Part shown: positions 1-10,899 of the stretch, one piece after another
Numbering within the stretch: the first letter of the stretch is position 1
Layout of the letters: each line of letters starts with the position of its first letter
Virus record (IMG/VR): IMGVR_UViG_3300002219_000133
Reading direction: 5' to 3' (one strand)
From: an uncultured virus (IMG/VR IMGVR_UViG_3300002219_000133)
Lineage: Duplodnaviria > Heunggongvirae > Uroviricota > Caudoviricetes
DNA: 64,000 nt
The notes under the pieces: generated by a model
Seen by the model: only the letters and a program-made list of their open reading frames with translations
The model's database searches: none
Told to the model about the DNA's origin: nothing
Translations under genes and position numbers: made by a program

Positions 1-210
1 AAGAACTTAACCTTTTTAAATAAAGAAGTTGATAAAATAATTAAGAAAAGTTTTTATAAAATATTATTTAATAAAGCTTAATTAGTTGTTTTTTCTTATT
101 TTTAACCATTTTATCAACTTCTTTTTTATTTACTTTATTAAAAATCTTTTAAATATATTATTATATAAATAACGTTATAGTTATCTTCATTTAAGAAGTA
201 AAGGTCCATT

Positions 211-645
211 ATGAAAGAAAAGGGTAAATTTTACTTAACTAACAAAGAGTTTCTTTATGAATTAAGAAATTATCATCGCTTAAAAAAAATCAGCAAGCGT
301 CTTCATGAAATTTTTTATCTCTTATCAGAACGCATAGCTCGTAAATCTTTATTTTATAGAAGAGTTTCAAATCAACATATTAAGTCAACTGATTTAACAG
401 ATGTATACAATGATTTTATTCATGAAGGTTACTTAAAATGTATTAAGAGAATTGAATCTTTTAATATCGAAACACACTTTAACCCATTTTCATATTTTAC
501 CTCTGTTATTACAAATACATTTAAAGATTTCTTTGGAAAAGAATATAGAAATGAGGTTTTAAAATCTATTGCTCAACATGATTATGAACACCATTTTTTA
601 ATCACATACGGATTTCCATTAACACATATAAGCGAGGAAGATTGA
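211..645 (+). CDS. gp55: Late-transcription sigma factor, T4 gp55-like
   Basis: FN...NPFSYFTSVITNTF matches the gp55 NPFAYFT motif; sits directly upstream of gp47/gp46 as in T4-like phages. Confidence 0.8.
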   Translation: MKEKGKFYLTNKEFLYELRNYHRLKKISKRLHEIFYLLSERIARKSLFYRRVSNQHIKSTDLTDVYNDFIHEGYLKCIKRIESFNIETHFNPFSYFTSVITNTFKDFFGKEYRNEVLKSIAQHDYEHHFLITYGFPLTHISEED

Positions 646-1673
646 TTATGAAACATGCAATTATTGGTGATATCCATTTTAAAAAATGTAAAGATATTGA
701 GCAGAAATATAGAGATAGAGTTTTATATTTCATTTTTAAAACTCTTCAAGAAAAAAACATAGATAACATTATTCAATTAGGTGATTTCTTTGATGATAGA
801 AAGCATATAGATTTGCAAGTTTATGATGATGTTGTAAGAATATATGATAAGTACTTTTCGGATATGAATTCGACCACTCTAATCATCGGCAATCATGATA
901 CATATTATAAAGATAACAATTCAGTTTTTTCACCAATACTATTAAAAGAATATTCCAACTTAAAAATTATAAATAAGATTCAAGAAACGAATCTAGGCTT
1001 GTTTGTTCCATGGCTTAATAATTCAAACGTTGATGAATTTACAAAAACAATTGAAAATACAAAAGCTAAATATTGCTTTGGACATTTTGAAATAAATTCG
1101 TTTGCTATGATCAAAGGATTGGAAGAAAATAATGGGTTGTCAACAACGTTGTTTAATAAGTTTGATAAGGTATTTTCTGGTCATTTTCATTTAACACAAG
1201 ATAAAATTAATATCTCATATGTTGGATCAGTTTTTCAAAATGACAGAAATGATATAAATGATATTAAACGTTTCATGATTATTGATGATCAAACGCATGA
1301 AATTGAAGAAGTTAAAATACCATTTGAATTATTTAATAGAGTTGTTATTACATCAGAAGATGAAATGACTGATGATTTGATAGATACATTTTCGGGTAAG
1401 ATCAATGATATTATCTTTACAACCGAACGAAGTTTAAAACGTGAAAAATTTATTGATAAAATCATAGAATCATCTAGCAATTATGAATATCAAATTATTG
1501 ATAATTCAGAATTGTGCAAAGAGAAAATAAATTTAATATCGCAAAATGATGATGTTAATGAATTATTTGTTGATTATCTTACTCTATCAAATAGTTATGA
1601 TCAACAAAGAAAAGATTCATTAAAAAAATTATTCATAGATATATATTGTGATATTAAAGGAGATTCAAAATGA
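642..1673 (+). CDS. gp47: Recombination endonuclease subunit (Mre11/SbcD-like)
   Basis: Metallophosphoesterase motifs GDIH, LGDFFD, GNHD, GHFE, SGHFH; adjacent to gp46. Confidence 0.93.
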   Translation: MIMKHAIIGDIHFKKCKDIEQKYRDRVLYFIFKTLQEKNIDNIIQLGDFFDDRKHIDLQVYDDVVRIYDKYFSDMNSTTLIIGNHDTYYKDNNSVFSPILLKEYSNLKIINKIQETNLGLFVPWLNNSNVDEFTKTIENTKAKYCFGHFEINSFAMIKGLEENNGLSTTLFNKFDKVFSGHFHLTQDKINISYVGSVFQNDRNDINDIKRFMIIDDQTHEIEEVKIPFELFNRVVITSEDEMTDDLIDTFSGKINDIIFTTERSLKREKFIDKIIESSSNYEYQIIDNSELCKEKINLISQNDDVNELFVDYLTLSNSYDQQRKDSLKKLFIDIYCDIKGDSK

Positions 1674-3862
1674 AATTTAAAAAGATTAGATTTAAAAACT
1701 TTCTTTCCTTTGGAAATACCATTACAGAGATTGACTTAGATTCAAACCAATCTATTCTTATCACTGGTGAAAATGGAACTGGAAAGACCACAGCATTAGA
1801 AGCATTTTACTTTGCTATTTGCGGTAAGCCATATCGCAAAATAAAAAAAGATGAACTCATAAATTCAACTAATAAAAAAGAATTGTACGTTGAAGTTGAA
1901 TTTAACCACGAAAACCATGAATATATAATTAAGCGCGGAATCAAACCAAATTTATTTGAATTGTATCAAGACAATAAACTAATTGATTTAACCGCATCTA
2001 CAAAAGATTATCAAACAATTCTGGAAAATCTTATTGGTGTTGATTCAGATACATTTGCCAATACTATTTTTATATCATCAAAATGTTACACACCATTTTT
2101 AAAATTGAAAGCAGAAGACAAAAGAAATTTCATTGAAAATGTTCTCAATATAAAAACATTCTCACAAATTCTTGATGAAACAAAAATTAAACGAACATTA
2201 CAGACTGAAAAACATAATGAAATTAGTTTCAACTTAAAAAATTCTATCGATAAGTTTAATATTGCAAAAGAATCGAATGAAACATATGCAAAGAATAACG
2301 AAGATGAAATAGAATCAATTAAAAAACTTATTGATACTGAAGAAACAACGCTAATCCCTATCAATGATGAGATATCCAGAATTGAAGCTTATTTGAATAA
2401 GAATAAATTTGATGCTAAGCTCGTTGAAATTTTCAATGAACAAAATAATGTTCATAATGAAATTAACAGTGCAACTCAAGCAATAAATGATGATACAAAA
2501 CTTATAGTTGATAAGCACAATGATGAAATAAGTCTAATAAGACAACAAATATCAGCAGAAAATAAAAAACAAATAGTATTAATATCGAATAAATCAGCAT
2601 TAGAAAAACAATTTGATATGCTTTCTCATGAGCACACAAACACAATTGATAAATTGAAACAGATATTAGATAAAGAAATTGTCTTGATCAATAATGAATT
2701 CATTATTAAACAAAACGAGCAAGCTTCTATTATTGATAAGAATAATAAAGCTATTGAATTTTATCAACATAATACTGAATGCCCAACTTGCAAACAAATA
2801 ATATCATTAGACTCTGATATTATATCCAAACATGTTTTGTCTCTTAAAACTGAAATAGAACGTTGCAATAGATGCATAGAAGTGGCTAGAGATAGTGCCG
2901 ATGAAAGAATCAAACATATAACTATTGAAACGCAAAAACAAAGTGATCTTACCAATGAATCTTACATATCTAAGAAGGAAGATGTTAAATTTCAATTATT
3001 TAAAATAAATGAAGACATTAGAAAAATAGAAGACTTGGTTGTAGATCTAAACGCTAAGATCATAAACGTTGAGCCTTTTATTAAAAAAGCTGAGGCTGAA
3101 AAGCAAATTAAAATAGCTGAGATGTTAAAAGAATTCGATGATAAAATAAATAATCTTCAGCTCAAAAAACAAGATATTGAATCTAAGATAAAACAAGCTT
3201 CAAATAAAAGTTCTGAACTCTTAAACAAAAAAACAACATCAGATACTAAAATAAATTCTTTTAATGATAGAATAAAAGAATTGAGCTCAATAGAAAAAAA
3301 ATCATTGATTGATACGGTGCCATTAGAAAAAGAAATAGAAATAAATAAAGAAGAACTGAACAAATCTGATTATGAAAAAGAAACTATTGCTGAATTGATT
3401 AAAATACTTTCAGACAAAGGCATCAAAACATACATCATTGCTAAGTATATTCCATACCTCAATGAATTGGTTAATAAATATCTTGAAATATTCAATGCAA
3501 ATTATCGATTGCAATTTGATTCTAATTTTGATATTCAAATTTCTGGTAGAGGATATGAAAAGCTTGGTTATTATTCATTCTCATCTGGCGAAGAACAACG
3601 TGTCGACTTAGCATTATTATTTTCTTTTTATGAGCTCGGAAAAATGAAAAATAGTATTAACACAAATGTTTTAATGCTTGATGAAATTAGTGACAAGAGT
3701 CTTGATTCTGATGGCTTATCTGGTTTATTTTCAATATTTAAGAATATGAAACAAAAAGGAATGACAATATTCAACATTAGTCATCGTCCAGAAGTTAGAG
3801 ACAAATTTGATAAAGTATATAAAATTACAAAGACTACATTTAGTTCTATAACTGAGGAATAA
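1670..3862 (+). CDS. gp46: Recombination ATPase subunit (Rad50/SbcC-like)
   Basis: Walker A GENGTGKT, long coiled coil with CPTC zinc hook, signature FSSGE, Walker B LMLDE, ISH. Confidence 0.95.
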   Translation: MKFKKIRFKNFLSFGNTITEIDLDSNQSILITGENGTGKTTALEAFYFAICGKPYRKIKKDELINSTNKKELYVEVEFNHENHEYIIKRGIKPNLFELYQDNKLIDLTASTKDYQTILENLIGVDSDTFANTIFISSKCYTPFLKLKAEDKRNFIENVLNIKTFSQILDETKIKRTLQTEKHNEISFNLKNSIDKFNIAKESNETYAKNNEDEIESIKKLIDTEETTLIPINDEISRIEAYLNKNKFDAKLVEIFNEQNNVHNEINSATQAINDDTKLIVDKHNDEISLIRQQISAENKKQIVLISNKSALEKQFDMLSHEHTNTIDKLKQILDKEIVLINNEFIIKQNEQASIIDKNNKAIEFYQHNTECPTCKQIISLDSDIISKHVLSLKTEIERCNRCIEVARDSADERIKHITIETQKQSDLTNESYISKKEDVKFQLFKINEDIRKIEDLVVDLNAKIINVEPFIKKAEAEKQIKIAEMLKEFDDKINNLQLKKQDIESKIKQASNKSSELLNKKTTSDTKINSFNDRIKELSSIEKKSLIDTVPLEKEIEINKEELNKSDYEKETIAELIKILSDKGIKTYIIAKYIPYLNELVNKYLEIFNANYRLQFDSNFDIQISGRGYEKLGYYSFSSGEEQRVDLALLFSFYELGKMKNSINTNVLMLDEISDKSLDSDGLSGLFSIFKNMKQKGMTIFNISHRPEVRDKFDKVYKITKTTFSSITEE

Positions 3863-3864
3863 CA

Positions 3865-4494
3865 ATGGAAAATCAAGAATCTCTAAGCCGAAATATTCTT
3901 TTATTTGGTGATATAACATCAGAAAAAATTGAATCCATTATGCAGTATATTATAGATATCGTGGATCATGATGATTATATGTCAGACACCTTGACTAATT
4001 ATGAACGAGAACCTATAAAATTGTATATTTGTTCTGGCGGTGGAGAAGTAATGCCGACAATTGGACTCTGCGAATATATAGCATATTGTGGAACTCCAAT
4101 TGCAACAATATGCCTAGGCGAGGCTTGTTCAGCAGCATTTATGTTATTAATTGCCGGTCATAGAAGATATGCAGTTAAAGGCAGTTCTTTGATGGCTCAT
4201 CAAATGGCTGGCGGCGCAATTGGTTCTGCTAAGGACTGCGAAATTCATTTACAACACATGAAAAAAGTAGAATCATATATGATTGATTTAATTAAAGAAA
4301 CTACTGAACTTCCTCAGTCTTTAATTGATGAAATTTATTCTAGTCAAATTGATAAATTTATGACAGTTGAAGAAGCCTTAGAATATAAAGTTATTGATTG
4401 CATTTATGGACAAGTTGATAGCGAAGAAACTGACGAAGAAGATGAAGAAATTTCTTCTGATGAAGCCAATATTAATGAACCTTGCAACACATGA
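3865..4494 (+). CDS. clpP: ClpP-like serine protease
   Basis: IKLYICSGGGEV, ACSAA catalytic Ser, MAHQ catalytic His, DKFMTVEEALEYKVID. Confidence 0.88.
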   Translation: MENQESLSRNILLFGDITSEKIESIMQYIIDIVDHDDYMSDTLTNYEREPIKLYICSGGGEVMPTIGLCEYIAYCGTPIATICLGEACSAAFMLLIAGHRRYAVKGSSLMAHQMAGGAIGSAKDCEIHLQHMKKVESYMIDLIKETTELPQSLIDEIYSSQIDKFMTVEEALEYKVIDCIYGQVDSEETDEEDEEISSDEANINEPCNT

Positions 4495-5111
4495 GTGAAT
4501 ATATGAAAAAAGCTTTTCTTGGAATAGATCCTGGCCGTAATGGTGGATATGCATTACTTGGGGAAGATGGAATTCTAATTGATTATTCCATCTTCCCATA
4601 TAAACTAGAAGAATTTGATTCTAAAACCTTTATAGACTACTTAAACAAAATCAAATTGGAATATAATGTTTCAGTCATATTTGAATATGTTTTTGGTATG
4701 CCCAATCAATCTTCTGTAGCAACATTCAATTTTGGTAATAATAGAGGAGAAGTAATATCTCTCATTAAAGCTGTTGAATTACCATATCGTGAAGTTCAGC
4801 CAACTGAATGGAAAAAGAATGTATTAAAAGGTTTAAAATGGAAAGCTGAAACAGTTCGTTTTAAAGCACCGAAGGGTATATCAAAAGAAGAGTCAGAAAT
4901 CTTAAAAGCTGAATTTAAAAAGCTTAATAATTCCAATAATAGCAAGGCTAAACGAGAAGCTAAGTTAGTATCAGCAGAATTTGTATTTAAAACGTTTCCA
5001 CAAGCAAACATATATATTGGAAAGAATCCTCATGATGGAATGTCTGATGCAATTTGTATGGCGTATTATGGATACTTATATGATAAAGGACAGTTATTAG
5101 CAAAAGAGTAA
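4491..5111 (+). CDS. RuvC-like Holliday junction resolvase
   Basis: FLGIDPG, IFEYV, P-x-x-WKK, HDGMSDAICMA motifs of the RNase H-fold resolvases. Confidence 0.8.
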   Translation: MSEYMKKAFLGIDPGRNGGYALLGEDGILIDYSIFPYKLEEFDSKTFIDYLNKIKLEYNVSVIFEYVFGMPNQSSVATFNFGNNRGEVISLIKAVELPYREVQPTEWKKNVLKGLKWKAETVRFKAPKGISKEESEILKAEFKKLNNSNNSKAKREAKLVSAEFVFKTFPQANIYIGKNPHDGMSDAICMAYYGYLYDKGQLLAKE

Positions 5112-5118
5112 ATAAATT

Positions 5119-5601
5119 ATGAATGATAACAATGTTACAAATTTTTCGAACAGAAATAAATTCAAAATATTAGTTCATTTTGATGATGTTAATACATTCG
5201 AAATGCTGGTAAAATCAGTGACATTTGGTGGAATAACACTTGGAACTACAATATATTCAACACCAATGCGAAATCTTGAATATCCCGGAGATTCATTCCA
5301 AGCAGAAGATGCGGTTATCGATTTTTACTTAGATGAAAACTGGGAGTCATTTAAAGAATTGTTTCGTTGGATGAAAAGAATAAAATCAACCAAGACAGCT
5401 AATCAAAATCCTCTACTATTAGCTGATATGACAGTTCAGATTTTAAACACAAAATTTCGTGATACATTTAACATTATATTAGAAGATTGCTTTCCATATT
5501 CATTAACAACAATAAATCTTGATACGGATGATGATGCAATGCCGTTGATGGGTCAAGTTATAATGAAAGTAAATGATATGGATATTGTGGATAAAAATTA
5601 A
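5119..5601 (+). CDS. Tail-tube-fold protein (gp3/gp19-like, tail completion)
   Basis: YPGD...IDFYLDENWESFKELFRWM...DCFPYSL pattern typical of the T4 gp3/gp19 family; preceded by GTAAATAAAT. Confidence 0.65.
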   Translation: MNDNNVTNFSNRNKFKILVHFDDVNTFEMLVKSVTFGGITLGTTIYSTPMRNLEYPGDSFQAEDAVIDFYLDENWESFKELFRWMKRIKSTKTANQNPLLLADMTVQILNTKFRDTFNIILEDCFPYSLTTINLDTDDDAMPLMGQVIMKVNDMDIVDKN

Positions 5602-5661
5602 AAATTTTATTATTGTGGTATAATAATTTTGATGGAGTGATTCATTTTCAATCTCTTTTCG

Positions 5662-5693
5662 TTCCTCGGATAAAACCGAGGAATTTTTTTTTT
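5662..5693 (+). terminator. Intrinsic terminator
   Basis: TTCCTCGG-ATAAAA-CCGAGGAA followed by a T10 run. Confidence 0.8.
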
Positions 5694-5749
5694 AATAAAA
5701 AAATGCATTACAATATATAATGAAACAAATACATTGAAAGAGGTTAAAA

Positions 5750-7042
5750 ATGGATAAAACAATAGACAGTTTTTTAGACAATGAATATAAAAACTATGCT
5801 GAAGAAGTATCATTTAAACGAGCTTTGCCTTCAGCCATTGATGGTATGAAACCAGTTAGACGTAAGATTTTTTATTATATGTCAAAAAATAAAAACTCTG
5901 GCTTTATAAAAGTATCAGCCATTGCTGGTGGTATAGCCGAAAAATGTAATTATCATCACGGCGATGCATCACAAGCTATTATAAATATGGCAAAAGACTT
6001 TCCATCATCAAATAACTATTCTATGTTATTACCAAAAGGCATGTTTGGTTCGAAATTACTTCCAGGATCATCAGCAGCTTCGAGATATATTCATGCAAAA
6101 TATAATTCAATAAATGATCTTATATTTTTAGATAATGATTTAATAGAACCAAATCATGACTTAGAATCTCCAGAACCAGAATTTTATCTTCCGATAATTC
6201 CAATTCATCTTATAAATGGAATGAATGGAATAGGAATTGGTTATGCTGTTAAAATCTTTTCAAGAAAATTGTCAGATATTGTAACTTCAATTTTGGAATG
6301 TATTGATAATGTTGATATAACCAATGCCGCTCCATATTTTAACAAATGTAATTATAACATTCAACAACTAACAATGAAATCATTTGAAATATCTGGAAAA
6401 TATCATATTGAAAAGGATAAGCTTGTTGTCACTGAATTGATCCCGGGTATGGATCGAAATAAATTTGTTGAACATTTGATCAAATTACAAGATAAAAACA
6501 TTATTAAAACATATAATGATGAATCAAAATTAGACTTTAAATTTGTTATTAAGTTGAGTGATAATCTAACGCATGATAAAATTCTACAAGTATTTAATTT
6601 GACTAAAGTGTTTCATGAAAACTATACAATGTTAGATCATCTTAACAACATAATAACGTTTGATAGCTATAATGAGATCATAAAATATTTTACAGATTAT
6701 AGACTTAAAATTTATACTAAACGCAAATCATTGGCTATTAAAAAGTTGAATGAAGAAATCGAAAAAATAGAAGCAATTATTATATTCATAAAAAATATGA
6801 AAGATATTATAAATGCAAAATCAATAGATGAAATAAAAATACTATTCAAAGATAAGCTTAAACCTGAATCGATTGAATATTGTTTAAAGAGACCTTTATC
6901 GAATTTTATGAAAATGAATATTGATGATTTAAATAATAATATTAAAGAACATCAAAATATGATACAATATTATTCATCGGTAGAAGAAAAAACATTGTAT
7001 AAAAATGATTTGAACACATTGCTAAAAGCAATGAACGAATGA
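5750..7042 (+). CDS. gp52: DNA topoisomerase II medium subunit (GyrA/ParC-like)
   Basis: RALPSAIDGMKPVRRK, YHHGD, AASRY catalytic Tyr, GIGIGY. Confidence 0.93.
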   Translation: MDKTIDSFLDNEYKNYAEEVSFKRALPSAIDGMKPVRRKIFYYMSKNKNSGFIKVSAIAGGIAEKCNYHHGDASQAIINMAKDFPSSNNYSMLLPKGMFGSKLLPGSSAASRYIHAKYNSINDLIFLDNDLIEPNHDLESPEPEFYLPIIPIHLINGMNGIGIGYAVKIFSRKLSDIVTSILECIDNVDITNAAPYFNKCNYNIQQLTMKSFEISGKYHIEKDKLVVTELIPGMDRNKFVEHLIKLQDKNIIKTYNDESKLDFKFVIKLSDNLTHDKILQVFNLTKVFHENYTMLDHLNNIITFDSYNEIIKYFTDYRLKIYTKRKSLAIKKLNEEIEKIEAIIIFIKNMKDIINAKSIDEIKILFKDKLKPESIEYCLKRPLSNFMKMNIDDLNNNIKEHQNMIQYYSSVEEKTLYKNDLNTLLKAMNE

Positions 7043-7062
7043 ATGAATTTGGTTAATAAAAG

Positions 7063-7212
7063 ATGAAAAAATTAATTATATTTATATTGTTATCTATGTT
7101 ATTTTCTGGTTGTCAAAAAGGTGAAAACATTTTAGTTGGTCCAATATTGATTGATGAGACGTTTTTACCTGATAACGTTACTATCAAAAAGGAGATTGAT
7201 AATGACAAATAA
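7063..7212 (+). CDS. Small lipoprotein (49 aa), absent from the ORF track
   Basis: Translated by hand: MKKLIIFILLSMLFSG-CQKGENILVGPILIDETFLP...; lipobox FSGC; paralogous to 9440..9565. Confidence 0.7.
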   Translation: MKKLIIFILLSMLFSGCQKGENILVGPILIDETFLPDNVTIKKEIDNDK

Positions 7213-7903
7213 TATTATTGAAACAAATGGAAAGAAGTATAAATTAACAAATGTTAAGAATCTAATTGATTGCGACAAAATAGATTGTGCTTGCACTATT
7301 TGTGATTATGATTTTAGTGAAAGATGCGATATTCCTTTAGATGTATGTCCAGATTATCACTGTCTTAAACTTGTAGCAGCTCAGGAAAGAATGAATCTCT
7401 CAGAATTAAGTTTTAAAGTTATTACATGCTCTAGCCGCATGACAAAATTGCACGATATTCTAAAATCTCTAGGAGTCGTTTTACCAATCAATTACAATAA
7501 TACCGTTTTTGTTATATGCGATGAAGGTCATTTTCAATTCGGCGGGTCCTTTATTCACTTTGATAAATTTTTGCAAGAAGAAATAACATTTGATCAAGCT
7601 ATTTATTTGTTAAACAAATGCTCAAATGATATTAAAGAATCGAAATTAGGAAAATTCATTGAATATGATATTGCGCCAGATGGAAAATTTGATTCAGGAA
7701 GAACATATTGGGCTGATTTTAATTTTGAAGAAAATGAAAATAGTATTTTTGCTGGATGGCTTTGGGAAAATCCAAAAAATCCTAATTGTAAAACGTGGTC
7801 AATGAATAGAAAAGGAATAAAAGGATCGCGTATGATATCAAATTGTAATGAATGGGAATATCCGATTATTCCAAAGAAAATAAGATATTGGGTAAAGGAG
7901 TAA
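7202..7903 (+). CDS. Hypothetical protein, Cys-rich N-terminus
   Basis: Long ORF; AGGAG RBS near 7190 favours the ATG at 7202. Confidence 0.55.
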   Translation: MTNNIIETNGKKYKLTNVKNLIDCDKIDCACTICDYDFSERCDIPLDVCPDYHCLKLVAAQERMNLSELSFKVITCSSRMTKLHDILKSLGVVLPINYNNTVFVICDEGHFQFGGSFIHFDKFLQEEITFDQAIYLLNKCSNDIKESKLGKFIEYDIAPDGKFDSGRTYWADFNFEENENSIFAGWLWENPKNPNCKTWSMNRKGIKGSRMISNCNEWEYPIIPKKIRYWVKE

Positions 7904-7999
7904 TGGTATGAGTTGTTCCAATTGTCCATGGAAAAATCCAGCAAGTATCGAATATGAAGTTTTTGAAGAAAATGGAATGATTGGCATTGAGACAAACAG

Positions 8000-9439
8000 A
8001 TGAAATTAACAAAAATTGTTTACAATCAAATAGATGTTGAATTGGTCAGATTAAAAAAAGCAATCATTAATACAAAAGAGATGTGGTTATTTAATGAATT
8101 AAGATGTCCTAATTGTGGCGATTTCATTCACTTTTATCATGATGAAACAAAATTTGCCAGAGGTGTTGTTCAAGTTCAATGCAATAAACAATTATGCAAC
8201 TGTGAATTTATTATAGTTTGTTGGCACCATTTCATACCGCCAAATAACTATTGTTTAATTAAAAAGGAAGATTTAAAATGACAAATACACCAGAATTAAT
8301 TTCACTTTGTGGTGGAAAATACTCTGTTAAAAATAACAATGGGGTTCTTGAAGTTTATAGGCATGGTGAACGCTGGCCTGAAAAAGAGAAACAACTAATT
8401 GGTGATGGTTTTGTATTAGCTTTGGTTCAAGAGATTGAAGAGTTAAAAGAAAAATTGGGCTTGCAACGAGGAAATGGTAGACTGGTTTGCAATACAGTTA
8501 TCGAAAATCTATAAAGCAATGAAAGAGGCAAAATGTTTATGAAACAAATCAGCATGAGTGTCGAAGAATTGATTACGAATCTGAGCAAATATCCACCATT
8601 GGCAAAGGTTTATTTTAATAGCGATGGATGTTATGCTGAAATGGCAATCATGATCTGGAAACTGGTAGAAATCTCCCTTCGCTGTGATGGTGAAATTTCT
8701 GATGATTTGAAAATGTAAAAAGGAATAAACTATGAAAATTATTGCAATCGTTGATATTGATGATAACCCTGCACGTGTCGTACTCATAGAAGATGATATT
8801 GTCGAAATGATTAAAAGCAAAGTGTCGGACAAATACCCAGACGCATATGTAAAAGTTAAATCATTTAATGTGGACACAACAGTCCGACTATAAATGATAA
8901 AACGAAAAACATATGATATTTGTTTTAACATTTTTAATCGGTGTCTTTGTCGGAGCAATGATCTGGGCAATGCAGGATTACATTCGAAACACAAGATTTC
9001 ATGGTGGAACTACACAAATAAGATTACAGTTGACAAGGATGTTCAGGTTCCAGAACCGCTATGATCGGCGTAAATACATGAGAACCATTCCAGAACCGGA
9101 CAGAACGGCATTAATCGACATGTACAAAGAAATAAAGAATGGTCATGAAGATTTGGATATTGATAAATGGTTGGATAATCATCACTATGAGGTAATAAAG
9201 AAATGACGATGTTTAAATTATTGGAATATATCTTCAACCGAATTGGTCATCTTGGCTGTTTTGTTACAATCATAGATATAAAATCTGGTCAAATGGTGCT
9301 TAAAGTATGGAACAAGGCTAGATATGGCGTTGTTTCGATAACAGAAGAATTGTTAAATGATTTGTGTGATTCTACCAATGAAAAGCGTAATGAAATGATT
9401 GATACAATTCTTCTGTTAAGTGCTTTAAAGGAAAGATAA
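8000..9439 (+). other. Cluster of small, translationally coupled hypothetical genes (8000-8281, 8278-8514, 8533-8718, 8913-9206, 9203-9439)
   Basis: Overlapping start/stop codons, same strand; 8000-8281 has a CPNCG zinc-ribbon motif. Confidence 0.55.
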
Positions 9440-9565
9440 ATGAAATTTAAAATCATAATCACAATATTAATTCTCATCTTCATAACTGCCTGTGAAGATA
9501 AAGGTAATTATGTTGATGTTGGCCCTGTTTTGGTTGATGAAAATCTTTTACCAAAGGATAAATAA
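9440..9565 (+). CDS. Small lipoprotein (41 aa), absent from the ORF track
   Basis: Translated by hand: MKFKIIITILILIFITA-CEDKGNYVDVGPVLVDENLLPKDK; lipobox ITAC; paralogous to 7063..7212. Confidence 0.7.
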   Translation: MKFKIIITILILIFITACEDKGNYVDVGPVLVDENLLPKDK

Positions 9566-9731
9566 TGAAATGTTTCTATTGTGATAAGGAAGCAACCCAC
9601 AAATCCACAGATATTAAATCAACAGTTTACCATTGTAAAGATTGTGGCTTTGAATTAGTTACAAGATATTTGAAAAAGTTTCCAGGTACATTAATTTGTA
9701 CAATGAATCTAAATGAACAGGAGAATCTAAA

Positions 9732-10367
9732 ATGATTGATGTATTTGAACAGATTAAGCCCTTGTTGAGTTTCGACACCCCAGACGACTTCTACTATGTT
9801 CAAGTGTTCCAACGGCGTAAGGACATGCCAAATGGAGCAAAGAAGAATACAATTATTATCAAGGATTATTACATACATTCTCTTGATTATTTTGAGAAAA
9901 AATATCCAGAGATTAAAGCATTGTGTAATTTCTTTGGTGCAAGAGCTGGACTACGTTTAAATAAACGATCATTTAAGAAAGTATCGTTTAGAACTATGTT
10001 GAACATTACTTCCCAAATGATGCAAGAAGATTTTCATTCAACTAAACAAGCATTTTCTAAAGCATGTGGGCAATGTCACAATGAATCGTCTGGTAAAACA
10101 TGGATTGTTGATATTGATGTAAAAGAAAGAGATGTTATTGAGTCTGTAAAAGATCACATTAACAACAACTGTAGACCAGATGATACAAATAAGGTTATCA
10201 TTGAATTACCAACGAAGAATGGTGTTCATCTGATTACAAAACCATTTGATAAATCTCAGTTTGTAAAAGTGTTTCAGATGGATATTCAATGCGATAATCC
10301 AATTAATTTGTATATTCCAGATATGGTTAATAAAGTTGATTTATATGAAGAGGAAGAAATAGCATGA
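9732..10367 (+). CDS. Conserved phage protein, possible AEP (primase-polymerase) fold
   Basis: WIVDID and PTKNGVHL resemble AEP motifs I and II. Confidence 0.4.
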   Translation: MIDVFEQIKPLLSFDTPDDFYYVQVFQRRKDMPNGAKKNTIIIKDYYIHSLDYFEKKYPEIKALCNFFGARAGLRLNKRSFKKVSFRTMLNITSQMMQEDFHSTKQAFSKACGQCHNESSGKTWIVDIDVKERDVIESVKDHINNNCRPDDTNKVIIELPTKNGVHLITKPFDKSQFVKVFQMDIQCDNPINLYIPDMVNKVDLYEEEEIA

Positions 10368-10899
10368 AATTATTTAAGGTTCATTTTATTGATAAAAGAA
10401 CATATCCAGTTTATGTTGTTGCAAAATCATTTGATGATGCGTCTGAAGAAGTAATATTTCAAATAAATTCAATGATCGCAAAATCACCAAAAGTTGAAAA
10501 AATAGAGATTATTGCAGATGAGAGCGGTGCATTAAGTTACACATGTCAAAGTAGTTCACCAAGACTATTTATTGCTAGAAGTTATGATGAATCCGTTAGA
10601 AGGAATGAGTAATGAAAAACACAAGAAAACAACAACTTTTGAATAGTATTTTAGCAGCAAATCAATTCATTCAATCGGCGGAAATAGCTCTTGATGAAAT
10701 AATTAAATACCAGAATACACAATATGAAGAAGGATATAAAAATGAACCTAAGCCAAGTATAAAGTTTGGAAGATGCAAAAATCTAAGTTCAGAACTTAGT
10801 TATCAGTTGGTTGAATTGCGTAGAACCAATCTATAAAACCATAATTAAAATTTACGCAAACGTTGTATAATAAACATAATTTAAACTAGGAGAAATGAA

